A DNA stretch of 32,000 nucleotides from Promethearchaeum syntrophicum (lineage in GTDB: Archaea > Asgardarchaeota > Lokiarchaeia > Sigyniarchaeales > Promethearchaeaceae): positions 750,001-782,000 of the forward strand of contig NZ_CP042905.2 in the NCBI RefSeq assembly GCF_008000775.2. The letters run 5' to 3'. How positions within the stretch are numbered: the first letter of the stretch is position 1; every line of letters starts with the position of its first letter. The notes under the pieces were generated by a model. That model was not told where the DNA came from, ran no database searches, and saw only the letters and a program-made list of their open reading frames with translations. This document shows positions 9,371 to 17,980 of this stretch, one piece after another. Position numbers and translations under genes: made by a program.

Positions 9371-11050
9371 TTAGAAAATTTCTTCAAATAAAGACGGATT
9401 ATATTTTTTAAGATCTTCCTTCAATAATGTAAATTTACGTGCTGCTGATTTAAGATCTGTAGCAATCGGACCTTTTTCTTTATCCGCTGCATTATTTCTA
9501 TATGGGCGAGTATCGGGATCTACAACTATTTTCGAATCAGAAGAAAGAGTTTTTAACCAATTTCCATAAACCTCATTATCCCATTTTCTAAAAGCAAGGA
9601 GAGTTTCAAAATATTTACCCATTGCTTCTTGTGGTGTTAAACCTATTTTAATTGAATCCCTTGCTTGCACCATTGATTTTGCTCCTCCGAACGTACCAAG
9701 ATCATGGGAATGTGTACCACCCCCAGCTTGGCAAATTATATCCATGTTGGGAGTTTCTCCATCGGGGTTCATTATTTTCGAAACATCCCACATTACAGTA
9801 GCTTTTAAGCCACCAGAACATATTGGGCGCATAGTTTTAATTTTGCCTAATGGACGCGTACAAGCTTCAAGATTTTCTAACACTGTTCTAGAAGATGCTT
9901 CCATTTTTCCCTTTGGTGCTCCGATGTGAAATTGATCAACACCCGCTAATCTCGCAATTAAAGTCCAGGCTTTCATAGACACTCCATGTCTCAAATTATA
10001 TTGAATTCCATCTATAATAATTTCAGGAAATATCGTTTGAGCGCCATGACCTGCTCGATGACCATGAATAATCATATTAGGGTATTTTTTACGAAGACTT
10101 TGAACTGCGGTCATCCCTGCAGCTAAAACATCAATCATTAAGCAATTTCCGCCTAGTTCCTTGATTAAATCTGCCCTTTTTATCATTTCATAAAAATCTC
10201 CAGAGGTAATATTTGGAACATAAATTAATTCTCTACCAGTGGTTTTTTTAACTTCTTTAATACCTTCAAAAACTAAACGTGCTCGTTTTTCAAATATGCA
10301 ATATTCTTGTGAAGTGAGATTTTCATCATCCTTCACAACATCTAATCCTCCCAAAAAAGACCTGGTTGAAGTTTTTGCCCAATCTGCTTCACTTAGACCT
10401 GTTTTTGGTTTCACTATTGTTCCAACCGTGATTTGATCTCCTAAAATAGATTTAATTCCTTCATTTCCTACTAAAGGGCCTAGAAATGTATTTGCGAAGT
10501 CATCGGGAATGTCCAAATCCTCTAATCTGACTCCCCATGCTGCACTTGACATTCCTGTATAGTTCCCAATAATCACACTTAAAACTTGTGGAAGATTTCC
10601 ATCTTCAAAACCTTCCTTTGGTAAAGAAACTGCAGCCATACCTGTTTTAAAATTAAGTCCTATTACTTTAGCTTCCAGTAATTTCATGTTTTCTTTAGAA
10701 TTGTCATCCATTTCACTGGGGAGTATTGTTTTTAAATCTGGATCCCAAGTGCCTGTACTTTCTTCTGCAGCAATTTCTAAAGCCGCCCGATATAATCCAT
10801 ATTCTTTGGTCCATCCCTCACGAAGTTTTGGGCTGATTGATAAGTACATTATTATATTTTTGTTCCTATATTCTTCGAAATTAAAAGAATTTGGATCTTT
10901 TAAGATATATGCTCCTAAACGTATTCTCATTTTATTATCGACAAGATTTTTATCGGGTGGAACCAAATTGTATGCATTATATAGATTACACGTTTTTATT
11001 GGTATTGTTATTTGTTCTGGGAATATTTCCCAGTTTTCTATTTTCACCAT
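9371..11050 (-). CDS. rbcL: Ribulose-1,5-bisphosphate carboxylase large subunit, archaeal form III-like, with N- and C-terminal extensions
   Basis: Motifs AAEESTGTW, GTIVKPKTGLS, GGLDVVKDDEN, HGHRAGH, FHIGAPKGKME, PICSGG and CQAGGGT match RuBisCO active-site segments. Confidence 0.95.
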   Translation of the reverse strand: MVKIENWEIFPEQITIPIKTCNLYNAYNLVPPDKNLVDNKMRIRLGAYILKDPNSFNFEEYRNKNIIMYLSISPKLREGWTKEYGLYRAALEIAAEESTGTWDPDLKTILPSEMDDNSKENMKLLEAKVIGLNFKTGMAAVSLPKEGFEDGNLPQVLSVIIGNYTGMSSAAWGVRLEDLDIPDDFANTFLGPLVGNEGIKSILGDQITVGTIVKPKTGLSEADWAKTSTRSFLGGLDVVKDDENLTSQEYCIFEKRARLVFEGIKEVKKTTGRELIYVPNITSGDFYEMIKRADLIKELGGNCLMIDVLAAGMTAVQSLRKKYPNMIIHGHRAGHGAQTIFPEIIIDGIQYNLRHGVSMKAWTLIARLAGVDQFHIGAPKGKMEASSRTVLENLEACTRPLGKIKTMRPICSGGLKATVMWDVSKIMNPDGETPNMDIICQAGGGTHSHDLGTFGGAKSMVQARDSIKIGLTPQEAMGKYFETLLAFRKWDNEVYGNWLKTLSSDSKIVVDPDTRPYRNNAADKEKGPIATDLKSAARKFTLLKEDLKKYNPSLFEEIF

Positions 11051-11072
11051 TGTCTATTTTCACCAATTAACA

Positions 11073-12074
11073 TTAAAAAATATCACTTTTAGAACCATGT
11101 TCTATTATTCTGTATGCTTCATGTAGGAAAGGGTATATTTTACTAAACATCATATGGACTTGTCCACTAGGATAAATTCCTGCTTCAGTTATTACTCCAG
11201 AAATATAAACTCTATTTATCGTTTCAAATGCGGGGTTTAAATAGGTCAAATCTTTTGGTGCATCTTTCCAATCTTTCCATATTTCTTTTGTATCTCTCAT
11301 TTCGATTTTTTCATAATTTCCAAAAGCAGTTCCCGGGTTATACTTTAATAAAGGACTTGCAACATAAAACGGAATATGTATCTCTTTTGCTACCAAGGCT
11401 AATAATCGCGAGCCAATCTTATTTAGTACCGTTCCCTCACTAGTAATTGCATCCGCTCCAACAATAATAATATCTGAATTATAATTATTTGCAATCCATC
11501 TCATAGCACTATCAACAACTTGTATTACTTTAATTCCTGCATCAGAAAGTATTTTTGCTGTAATTCTACCTTGATAAAACGGTCGGGTTTCTGAGGAAAC
11601 AACAATAAAATTCTTCCCTTGTTTATGCGCTTCGATTAGAATAGATTCAACTATAGAACTATGACAATGAGTTTGAACAACATAGGGTGTCTCCAAATTT
11701 TCCGGAATAAGATTGTTACCATATTGTGCTATACTTTTTTTAGCTTCTTTTAAGATATTTTCGTATTCAGAGCCATAAATTTCGATCATTTTTGGAAAAT
11801 CTTCAAAAATTCCTTCAGAATTATCATGTTGTAATTTTCCTAAAATGTACATTAGACCATTTCGCATTCCTGGCTCAGTACTACGAGATTTCGCAAAAAT
11901 TTCTTCTACTTTAATTAGCTGAGACCACATTTCTTTTTGCGATAAGGATTTATTACGTTGCGCAAATTTTACCAATTCTTTAACCGCAAACATTGCAATA
12001 TTTGTTGCTCCTTGAATTTCTAGCGCTGTAATTTTTCTTGCAGCTTCGATAACTTCTTTCATTTTTAATCTCAA
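11073..12074 (-). CDS. Ribose-1,5-bisphosphate isomerase (eIF2B alpha/beta/delta-related)
   Basis: eIF2B-like core VVSSETRPFYQGRITAKILSDAGIKV, DIIIVGADAITSEGTVLNKIGSRLLALVAKEIHIPFYVASPLLK, ITEAGIYP; catalytic-type segment THCHSS; directly upstream of rbcL. Confidence 0.9.
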   Translation of the reverse strand: MRLKMKEVIEAARKITALEIQGATNIAMFAVKELVKFAQRNKSLSQKEMWSQLIKVEEIFAKSRSTEPGMRNGLMYILGKLQHDNSEGIFEDFPKMIEIYGSEYENILKEAKKSIAQYGNNLIPENLETPYVVQTHCHSSIVESILIEAHKQGKNFIVVSSETRPFYQGRITAKILSDAGIKVIQVVDSAMRWIANNYNSDIIIVGADAITSEGTVLNKIGSRLLALVAKEIHIPFYVASPLLKYNPGTAFGNYEKIEMRDTKEIWKDWKDAPKDLTYLNPAFETINRVYISGVITEAGIYPSGQVHMMFSKIYPFLHEAYRIIEHGSKSDIF

Positions 12075-12130
12075 AATATAAGTGAATCTTAACTCTTAAA
12101 TTTTCGATCCTTATGAAGAATATAATAAAT

Positions 12131-12517
12131 TTATTTTGCTTTTAAAATCCTAATTGCTAGAAGTGCTGCATTTTTTGCCGAATCAATACCGACACAAGCT
12201 ACAGGCACTCCTGGAGGCATTTGAACTATTGATAATAATGCGTCTAACCCACCGAGTTTTGCACTCACCGGCACTCCAATAACTGGTTTTTGTGTTTTGG
12301 ATGCGACAACTCCTGGAAGTGCTGCTGATAATCCAGCCACACAAATAAAAACGTTTGCTTTGGAATTTTTCACATATTCATCTAATTCAATCGGATTTCG
12401 ATGAGCAGAGAGAATTTTTAATTCAAACGGGATGTCTTCTTTATTAAGAACATCAACAGCTTTTTGATAAACGCCTTCATCACTCTTTGAACCTGCCAAA
12501 ATAGAAATTAGTACCAT
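12131..12517 (-). CDS. purE: N5-carboxyaminoimidazole ribonucleotide mutase / AIR carboxylase catalytic subunit
   Basis: PurE signatures [64 protein letters not shown]. Confidence 0.95.
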   Translation of the reverse strand: MVLISILAGSKSDEGVYQKAVDVLNKEDIPFELKILSAHRNPIELDEYVKNSKANVFICVAGLSAALPGVVASKTQKPVIGVPVSAKLGGLDALLSIVQMPPGVPVACVGIDSAKNAALLAIRILKAK

Positions 12518-12794
12518 ATTTAAATAAATGAACGTAAATTCTTAATTTTTTACAATTTCATTTTTTTATTTTTTCTTGTTTAATAGTGAAATTCAACTCC
12601 CTTACAATAATTCTTTTCATTTAATATTGATTTAAGTAATTTTAATTAAATTTGAGAATGTTTTTTCATTTTCTATCTATTAGATTTTAATCAAATAAAT
12701 ATTAAAAAAAAAACTTATTTAGGTTAAACGAAAGCTTTAATTTGAAATAGAATTGAAAAAAAATAAAATACTATTTTAAATCGGGGTTAAAAGT

Positions 12795-13592
12795 TTGAGT
12801 ACAAACATTTCACAGGAAGTATACGCAGCTCTTAAAGAATTTGGCCTAACTGATTACGAAACAAGAGCTTTCATTGCGTTAATCACCAATGGGATTTCAT
12901 CGGCTAAAGAATTATCAGACAGAACCAAGATCCCGTACTCTCGAATCTATGATGTGCTTGTGAATTTAGAAAATATTGGTTTTGTTAACGTAATCAGCGG
13001 TCGACCAATGAAATACCAAGCAGAACGCCCCGCTTATGTTGCGAAACTGGCGAAAAAACAAATTGAAGAGAAATATCAAAGAATTGAATATGCTCTGCTT
13101 GAAAAACTAGAACCTCTATACGGGCACGAAGAAAACATAGAATCAACTCCTATTTGGATTTTAAATGGTGACGTTAACAAAAAAATTAATGAAATGATAC
13201 GTAATAGCCAAAAAACTCTCACAATCTTCTTGCACATCCCCAAGGAAGAAATGTTGGAAGAATATTTTGAATCTTTTCTATTCTTGACCGAAAAAAAAGT
13301 GGATATAAATATCATTGTGGATCAAAATTATCTTAAAATCAAGAACAAGAATATTTGGCGAAAATTAACATCAGTTGCGAAGATCCAAGTCATCAATAAC
13401 GTATTATTCGATGGTTTCCTTTTTGATTATGATGAAATGGTAATGTTTTTGACTACATTTTTCAAACTTTCCATAAAAGAAGAAGATATGGTGTTTCTTA
13501 TCCAAGAAAGTCGTTTAATTAACTATACTAAAACCTACTTCAAAATGATTTGGTCAATGGGTGAAAAATTTTTATTAAAGAATTATAGTTGA
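12795..13592 (+). CDS. TrmB-family transcriptional regulator
   Basis: N-terminal winged helix: VYAALKEFGLTDYETRAFIALITNGISSAKELSDRTKIPYSRIYDVLVNLENIGFVNVISGRPMKYQAERP. TTG start. Confidence 0.92.
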   Translation: MSTNISQEVYAALKEFGLTDYETRAFIALITNGISSAKELSDRTKIPYSRIYDVLVNLENIGFVNVISGRPMKYQAERPAYVAKLAKKQIEEKYQRIEYALLEKLEPLYGHEENIESTPIWILNGDVNKKINEMIRNSQKTLTIFLHIPKEEMLEEYFESFLFLTEKKVDINIIVDQNYLKIKNKNIWRKLTSVAKIQVINNVLFDGFLFDYDEMVMFLTTFFKLSIKEEDMVFLIQESRLINYTKTYFKMIWSMGEKFLLKNYS

Positions 13593-13677
13593 TACCTCGG
13601 ATAAAAAGAACAAAAAAATTAAATTTTTTATTAATTTTATTTTTTCAAATAGCAAAATGGTAATTTTTTTGTTTTTT

Positions 13678-14139
13678 TTACACTGTTGGATAACCCGCAT
13701 CAATCCATGTAGTTATTCCACCCAGCATATTATAAACCTTAAAAAATCCATTTGATGCGAGGATGTTTGAAGCTGACAGGCTTCTGCTTCCTGATCTGCA
13801 ATAGACGATAATTTCGGTATTATTATACTGTATAATCTCATTAAGTCGACTTTCCAACTCCCCAAGGGGTATTAATATTGAGTTATTGAGATGTCCTGAA
13901 TCATATTCATCTTGATTGCGCACATCTAAAATAATTAAGTTTGGGTAAGAAACTGTGTCATTAATCATGTTGTATGCCACTTCCACACTAATATCTTCAT
14001 AATCATTAGTTGTGGTATTATTATCATCTGGTAGGAATTGCGGGATAAAAATTACTCCAAGGATAGTCGCCATGATGAAAACAACAGTAGCGATTAAAGC
14101 AATTTTATTATTTTTTTTCATTTCCGATTCTTGCACCAT
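13678..14139 (-). CDS. Membrane-anchored or secreted rhodanese-domain protein
   Basis: N-terminal hydrophobic segment IALIATVVFIMATILGVIFI; rhodanese domain LIILDVRNQDEYDSGHLNNSILIPLGEL with active-site loop CRSGSRS. Confidence 0.93.
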   Translation of the reverse strand: MVQESEMKKNNKIALIATVVFIMATILGVIFIPQFLPDDNNTTTNDYEDISVEVAYNMINDTVSYPNLIILDVRNQDEYDSGHLNNSILIPLGELESRLNEIIQYNNTEIIVYCRSGSRSLSASNILASNGFFKVYNMLGGITTWIDAGYPTV

Positions 14140-14286
14140 TATTTATTTTGTAAATCGCGAAATTTATCCTTTTCAATTATGATTTATATAAGAAATTAAA
14201 AATCAGCTAGAAATTCATGAGGAAATAGTTAAAATATAAAAAAATAATATGAAAAAATTTTTTTTAAAATTGATAAAGAAATTATT

Positions 14287-15957
14287 CTACATCATACCAG
14301 GAGGCATTCCGCCCATTCCAGGAGGCATACCACCCATACCAGGAGGCATTCCACCAGGAGGTCCACCGGCACCGCCACCTACACCTGCGATAACATCATC
14401 TATCCGCAATATCATTTGAGCACACTCGCTTGCCGATTTTATGGCTTGTTTCTTAACATTCACGGGTTCAATAACATCCGCCTCAACCATATCGTCAACT
14501 ACTTCATTACTGTTCAAGTCTAAGCCTGCAAATTTTAATCCTTTTCCATGAGCAGCTCTTACTTTCATTAAAATTTCGATTTGGTCAAAACCTGCATTCT
14601 GAGCAAGTGTTTTTGGGATAATTTCCAATGAATCTGCAAATACTTTTACAGCGAGTTGTTCTCTGCCTTGAAGTGTTTCTGCATATAATCTTAATTCTTT
14701 TGCAACCTCTAATTCAGGGGCTCCACCGCCACCAACGATAGATGGTTCTTCTATACAATCTTTGACAACGCTTAATGCATCATGAATTGAACGATCTGCT
14801 TCATCTACAACTAATTCCGTGCCACCTCTGATAAAAACAACAACAGATTTTGGATGTTTACATTTTTCGATGAATGTCCAGTTTTCGTTCATAATTTTAC
14901 GTTCTTCTACAATACCTGCATACCCTAAGCCTTCAGCATTCATATCATCAAGATTTGAAAATATGGTTGCACCTGTGGCTTTAGAAAGTTTGTCTAAATC
15001 ACTCTTTTTAACACGTCTGATAGCCGATATTCCTTTTTTAACTAAGAAATGCTGTGCCATATCATCAATTCCTTTCTGGCAAATCACCACATTTGCACCT
15101 GTGGCTGCAATTTTATCTGCAAGATCTTCCAACATTTTCTGTTCTTGGTCGAGGAAAGCCGTAATTTGATCTGGGCTTGTAATTTGTAATTTCGCATCGA
15201 ACTCGGTCTTCTCAACTTCGATCGCTGATGAAATTAACAGAATTTTAGCTTCCTCAACACGTTTTTCCATTCCAGAATTTACAATTTCTTTATCCAAAAT
15301 TATCCCTGAAATGAATTGCGTTTCATCCAAAGCTGCTCCGTCTTTTTTCTGTATTTGAATTCTATCTAAATCTACATGAATATTTCCATCGATCTCTTCG
15401 CTTACCGCTAAACAAGCATCCACAACAATATCTGAAACTAAATCGCTATATTCACTAATGATTTTTGAACTCATTGAGGTTCTTGCTGCTTTTTTGAGCA
15501 TTTTTTTATCTTTTGGATCGATGGGCATCGCCATTGAATCTAAAATTTCTAAAGCTTTTGAAGATGCTTTCCGAAAACCTTCTGTTATAACTGTTGGGTG
15601 GATCTTTTGGTCAAGCAATTTTTCTGCACGTTTAAGCAATTCACCTGCTAAAATTACACTGCTGGTTGTTCCGTCCCCTACTTCTTCATCCTGCGCCTTA
15701 GCGACTTCTACCAACATTTTTGCTGCAGGGTGTTCAACATCTATTTCTTTTAGAATAGTAGCGCCGTCATTTGTGATGGTAACATCACCAAATGAATCTA
15801 CTAACATTTTGTCCATACCGCGTGGGCCTAAGGAACTTCTTATAGCTTCAGCTATCGTCTTTGCCGCAAGAATATTATTTCTTTGAGCACTTTTACCGGT
15901 AGTGCGCTCTGCACCTTCTTTAAGAATCAATACCGGTTGTCCTCCGAGTTGTGACAT
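14287..15957 (-). CDS. ths: Thermosome subunit (group II chaperonin)
   Basis: QRNNILAAKTIAEAIRSSLGPRGMDKMLVDSFGDVTITNDGATILKEIDVEHPAAKM, VGDGTTSSVILAGELL, GGGGAPELEVAKELR, and a Gly/Met/Pro-rich C-terminal tail. Confidence 0.98.
   Translation of the reverse strand: MSQLGGQPVLILKEGAERTTGKSAQRNNILAAKTIAEAIRSSLGPRGMDKMLVDSFGDVTITNDGATILKEIDVEHPAAKMLVEVAKAQDEEVGDGTTSSVILAGELLKRAEKLLDQKIHPTVITEGFRKASSKALEILDSMAMPIDPKDKKMLKKAARTSMSSKIISEYSDLVSDIVVDACLAVSEEIDGNIHVDLDRIQIQKKDGAALDETQFISGIILDKEIVNSGMEKRVEEAKILLISSAIEVEKTEFDAKLQITSPDQITAFLDQEQKMLEDLADKIAATGANVVICQKGIDDMAQHFLVKKGISAIRRVKKSDLDKLSKATGATIFSNLDDMNAEGLGYAGIVEERKIMNENWTFIEKCKHPKSVVVFIRGGTELVVDEADRSIHDALSVVKDCIEEPSIVGGGGAPELEVAKELRLYAETLQGREQLAVKVFADSLEIIPKTLAQNAGFDQIEILMKVRAAHGKGLKFAGLDLNSNEVVDDMVEADVIEPVNVKKQAIKSASECAQMILRIDDVIAGVGGGAGGPPGGMPPGMGGMPPGMGGMPPGMM
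14297..14349 (-). repeat. 21-bp-period tandem repeat encoding the GGMPPGM chaperonin tail
   Basis: Plus-strand ccaggaggcat occurs at 14297-14307, 14318-14328 and 14339-14349. Confidence 0.85.
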
Positions 15958-16061
15958 GATTTTTCACTTTATGATATTAGTAATAATTAGAAATTTTTAC
16001 TAATTTTAGTAAGGAAGTCTAAGTCACAAAAAATTTTAAACTTTTTTATAATGATTTTTTT

Positions 16062-16421
16062 TTGAAAACCGTTATATTTTTTATTCCTATTTTTCTTATA
16101 TTTGTAAGAATGAATGCAAAGACTAAATCTATTCTACTAAGAGTTATTCTTATAACTACTATATCCTTTAGTTCTATTGGTGCTGGGTTTTACTTTCATA
16201 ATAATATTATTATTAGAGGAACTATAACTTATTTATCCTTTGAGGGGGGATTTTATGGAATAATTAGTACCACAAATAATAGTTACGATCCTATCAATCT
16301 CCAACCAGAATTTGAAGAAGAAGGGTTAAAAGTATTTTTTATTGCTCGTAGAAACCTTGAAATGGCTAGCTTCCATGGGTGGGGAGATCTTATAGAGATT
16401 CGCTATATTAGACGGATTTAA
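16062..16421 (+). CDS. Small uncharacterised protein with hydrophobic N-terminus and an extracytoplasmic beta-rich domain
   Basis: 119 aa, N-terminal hydrophobic segments, then RGTITYLSFEGGFYGIISTTNNSYDPINLQPEFEEEGLKVFFIARRNLEMASFHGWGDLIEIRYI. Confidence 0.75.
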   Translation: MKTVIFFIPIFLIFVRMNAKTKSILLRVILITTISFSSIGAGFYFHNNIIIRGTITYLSFEGGFYGIISTTNNSYDPINLQPEFEEEGLKVFFIARRNLEMASFHGWGDLIEIRYIRRI

Positions 16422-16523
16422 TTCAAAATTTTCTCAAAAGTATTTTCATTTTCAGAAAAGACTAAGTCTCACATCGCTAAAAAAGCCAAGAAAAAATGTA
16501 AAATCTTAATAAAAATTAACCTG

Positions 16524-17855
16524 CTATTCATCTATTCTTAGATTTTCAGAATTAACAAATAAATGAGTCTGATCTATCTCTAAAAATAGTTTTTCATAAG
16601 ATAGTAAAATTCGATTTATTTCAGCATTTCGTTTGATTTCTCTATTACAAGTATATAGTGCCAAACAAGGTTCTAAATTAACATCGTTTATATATATTTT
16701 AAAGAACGTAGATTTTTCACTTAAAGATAAGCTTAAAATTGGTAAATTTGCTAAGATTAAAAATCCGAAATACGAAGCGAGTTTGAAAATAAGTGGAGAA
16801 AATGTGCCTTGGTTTGGATAAATAGTGTTTATTCCTTGATTTTTAAGTTCTTGCATCTGTTTAAAGATATAATGTTCAGGTAGAACATAACCAGATTCTA
16901 GTAAATCAATTTTAAAAGGTTTAGCATGAATTTCCATTAATGTTCCATTTAAAGATATTTGATCGTCCTTTAGACCAATTTCTCGAATACCAATAGTTTT
17001 CTCTTCTCTTATAATCGTTCCAAGATTATTAGATACTCTCATGGATAAATCATATAGATTTGGATTTTCCGGGCTCCACAGTTCGGGATTTTCTAAATTT
17101 ATAACTATTTTCATTAATCTACTATTATTTTGTAAAATATCAAAATCCCTTTCTGTATCAATAATTGAAACATTATCCTGCAATAATTCAAGATTTATTT
17201 TTCCCGTATAATCCTCATTCCCATTATTTAGAAAGGAGAGGGAGATACTTAATTCTGCATATTCCACTGAATTATTTGGATTAAAATGAAGTTTTGTATC
17301 CATAAAATGGCTAATTAATGCAATTTTTTCTTCAAATCTAACAAAAACATCTCCAAATATCCCATAATACTCGTTAATATTTGGTTCTATAGGATAACGT
17401 CTCGACTCTTCTGAAGTATCGATTCTTACCGCTAGAAAGTGTTCTTCAAAACGATCTTTAAATTCTTCTGTAATATCAAACTCAAAAGGAATAAATGCCC
17501 CATTAATTTTTCCCACTTTTTTTCCATTTATAAAAATTATTGCGGATTGTGCAATCCTATCGAAATGCAGATATATTTTATTCCCAATAAAATGCGGAGG
17601 AATTCTAAAAGTTTTGAAATACCATACAACTCCCGAATAGTCTTCTAATTTATCTTGGGGTTCTGTATTCAAGCAATGGGGTAAGAAAATTTTAATTTTA
17701 TCATCCAAATAAGGTTGATTTTCTTGTTTATGATAGTTTTGTTCGATACCGTTATTATTATGATCGAGAACAAAATTCCAAATTCCTTTTAGAGAAAATT
17801 TCTGCATATATATTCTAATATTAATGGTATAGAAATTAAATGATTTTATAAACAA
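16524..17855 (-). CDS. Glycoside hydrolase family 2-like protein, degenerate or truncated catalytic domain
   Basis: GH2 sugar-binding domain pattern LEDYSGVVWYFKTFRIPPHFIGNKIYLHFDRIAQSAIIFINGKKVGKINGAFIPFEFDIT; Ig-like domain ending LWSPENPNLYDLSMRV...EEKTIGIREI; short barrel-like remainder. Start likely at the internal ATG (17807) since MQKFSLKGIWNF begins the domain. Confidence 0.83.
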   Translation of the reverse strand: MFIKSFNFYTINIRIYMQKFSLKGIWNFVLDHNNNGIEQNYHKQENQPYLDDKIKIFLPHCLNTEPQDKLEDYSGVVWYFKTFRIPPHFIGNKIYLHFDRIAQSAIIFINGKKVGKINGAFIPFEFDITEEFKDRFEEHFLAVRIDTSEESRRYPIEPNINEYYGIFGDVFVRFEEKIALISHFMDTKLHFNPNNSVEYAELSISLSFLNNGNEDYTGKINLELLQDNVSIIDTERDFDILQNNSRLMKIVINLENPELWSPENPNLYDLSMRVSNNLGTIIREEKTIGIREIGLKDDQISLNGTLMEIHAKPFKIDLLESGYVLPEHYIFKQMQELKNQGINTIYPNQGTFSPLIFKLASYFGFLILANLPILSLSLSEKSTFFKIYINDVNLEPCLALYTCNREIKRNAEINRILLSYEKLFLEIDQTHLFVNSENLRIDE

Positions 17856-17980
17856 AGAAGTAAAAAAAAAAATAAATCATTCCATTACCATTTTTCAACA
17901 TTCCCTTAACCATCATAACCTTTAGAGATTAATTATTTGCTGACCTAATTTCAAGGGAAATGAAAAGGAAAATATGTATC

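Noticed and set aside
9744-11126. Plus-strand ORFs 9744-9929, 10239-10436 and 10686-11126
   Set aside because: Antisense to rbcL (the last also overlaps the R15P isomerase 3' end); sequences have no recognisable domains.
12543-12794. AT-rich purE-trmB intergenic region as a possible ncRNA or replication origin
   Set aside because: Composition matches ordinary AT-rich intergenic DNA here; no clear repeats, hairpin series or adjacent orc1/cdc6.
14819-15886. Antisense ORFs 14819-15169 (+) and 15458-15886 (+) inside the thermosome gene
   Set aside because: Opposite a strongly supported chaperonin CDS; they read as complement shadows.
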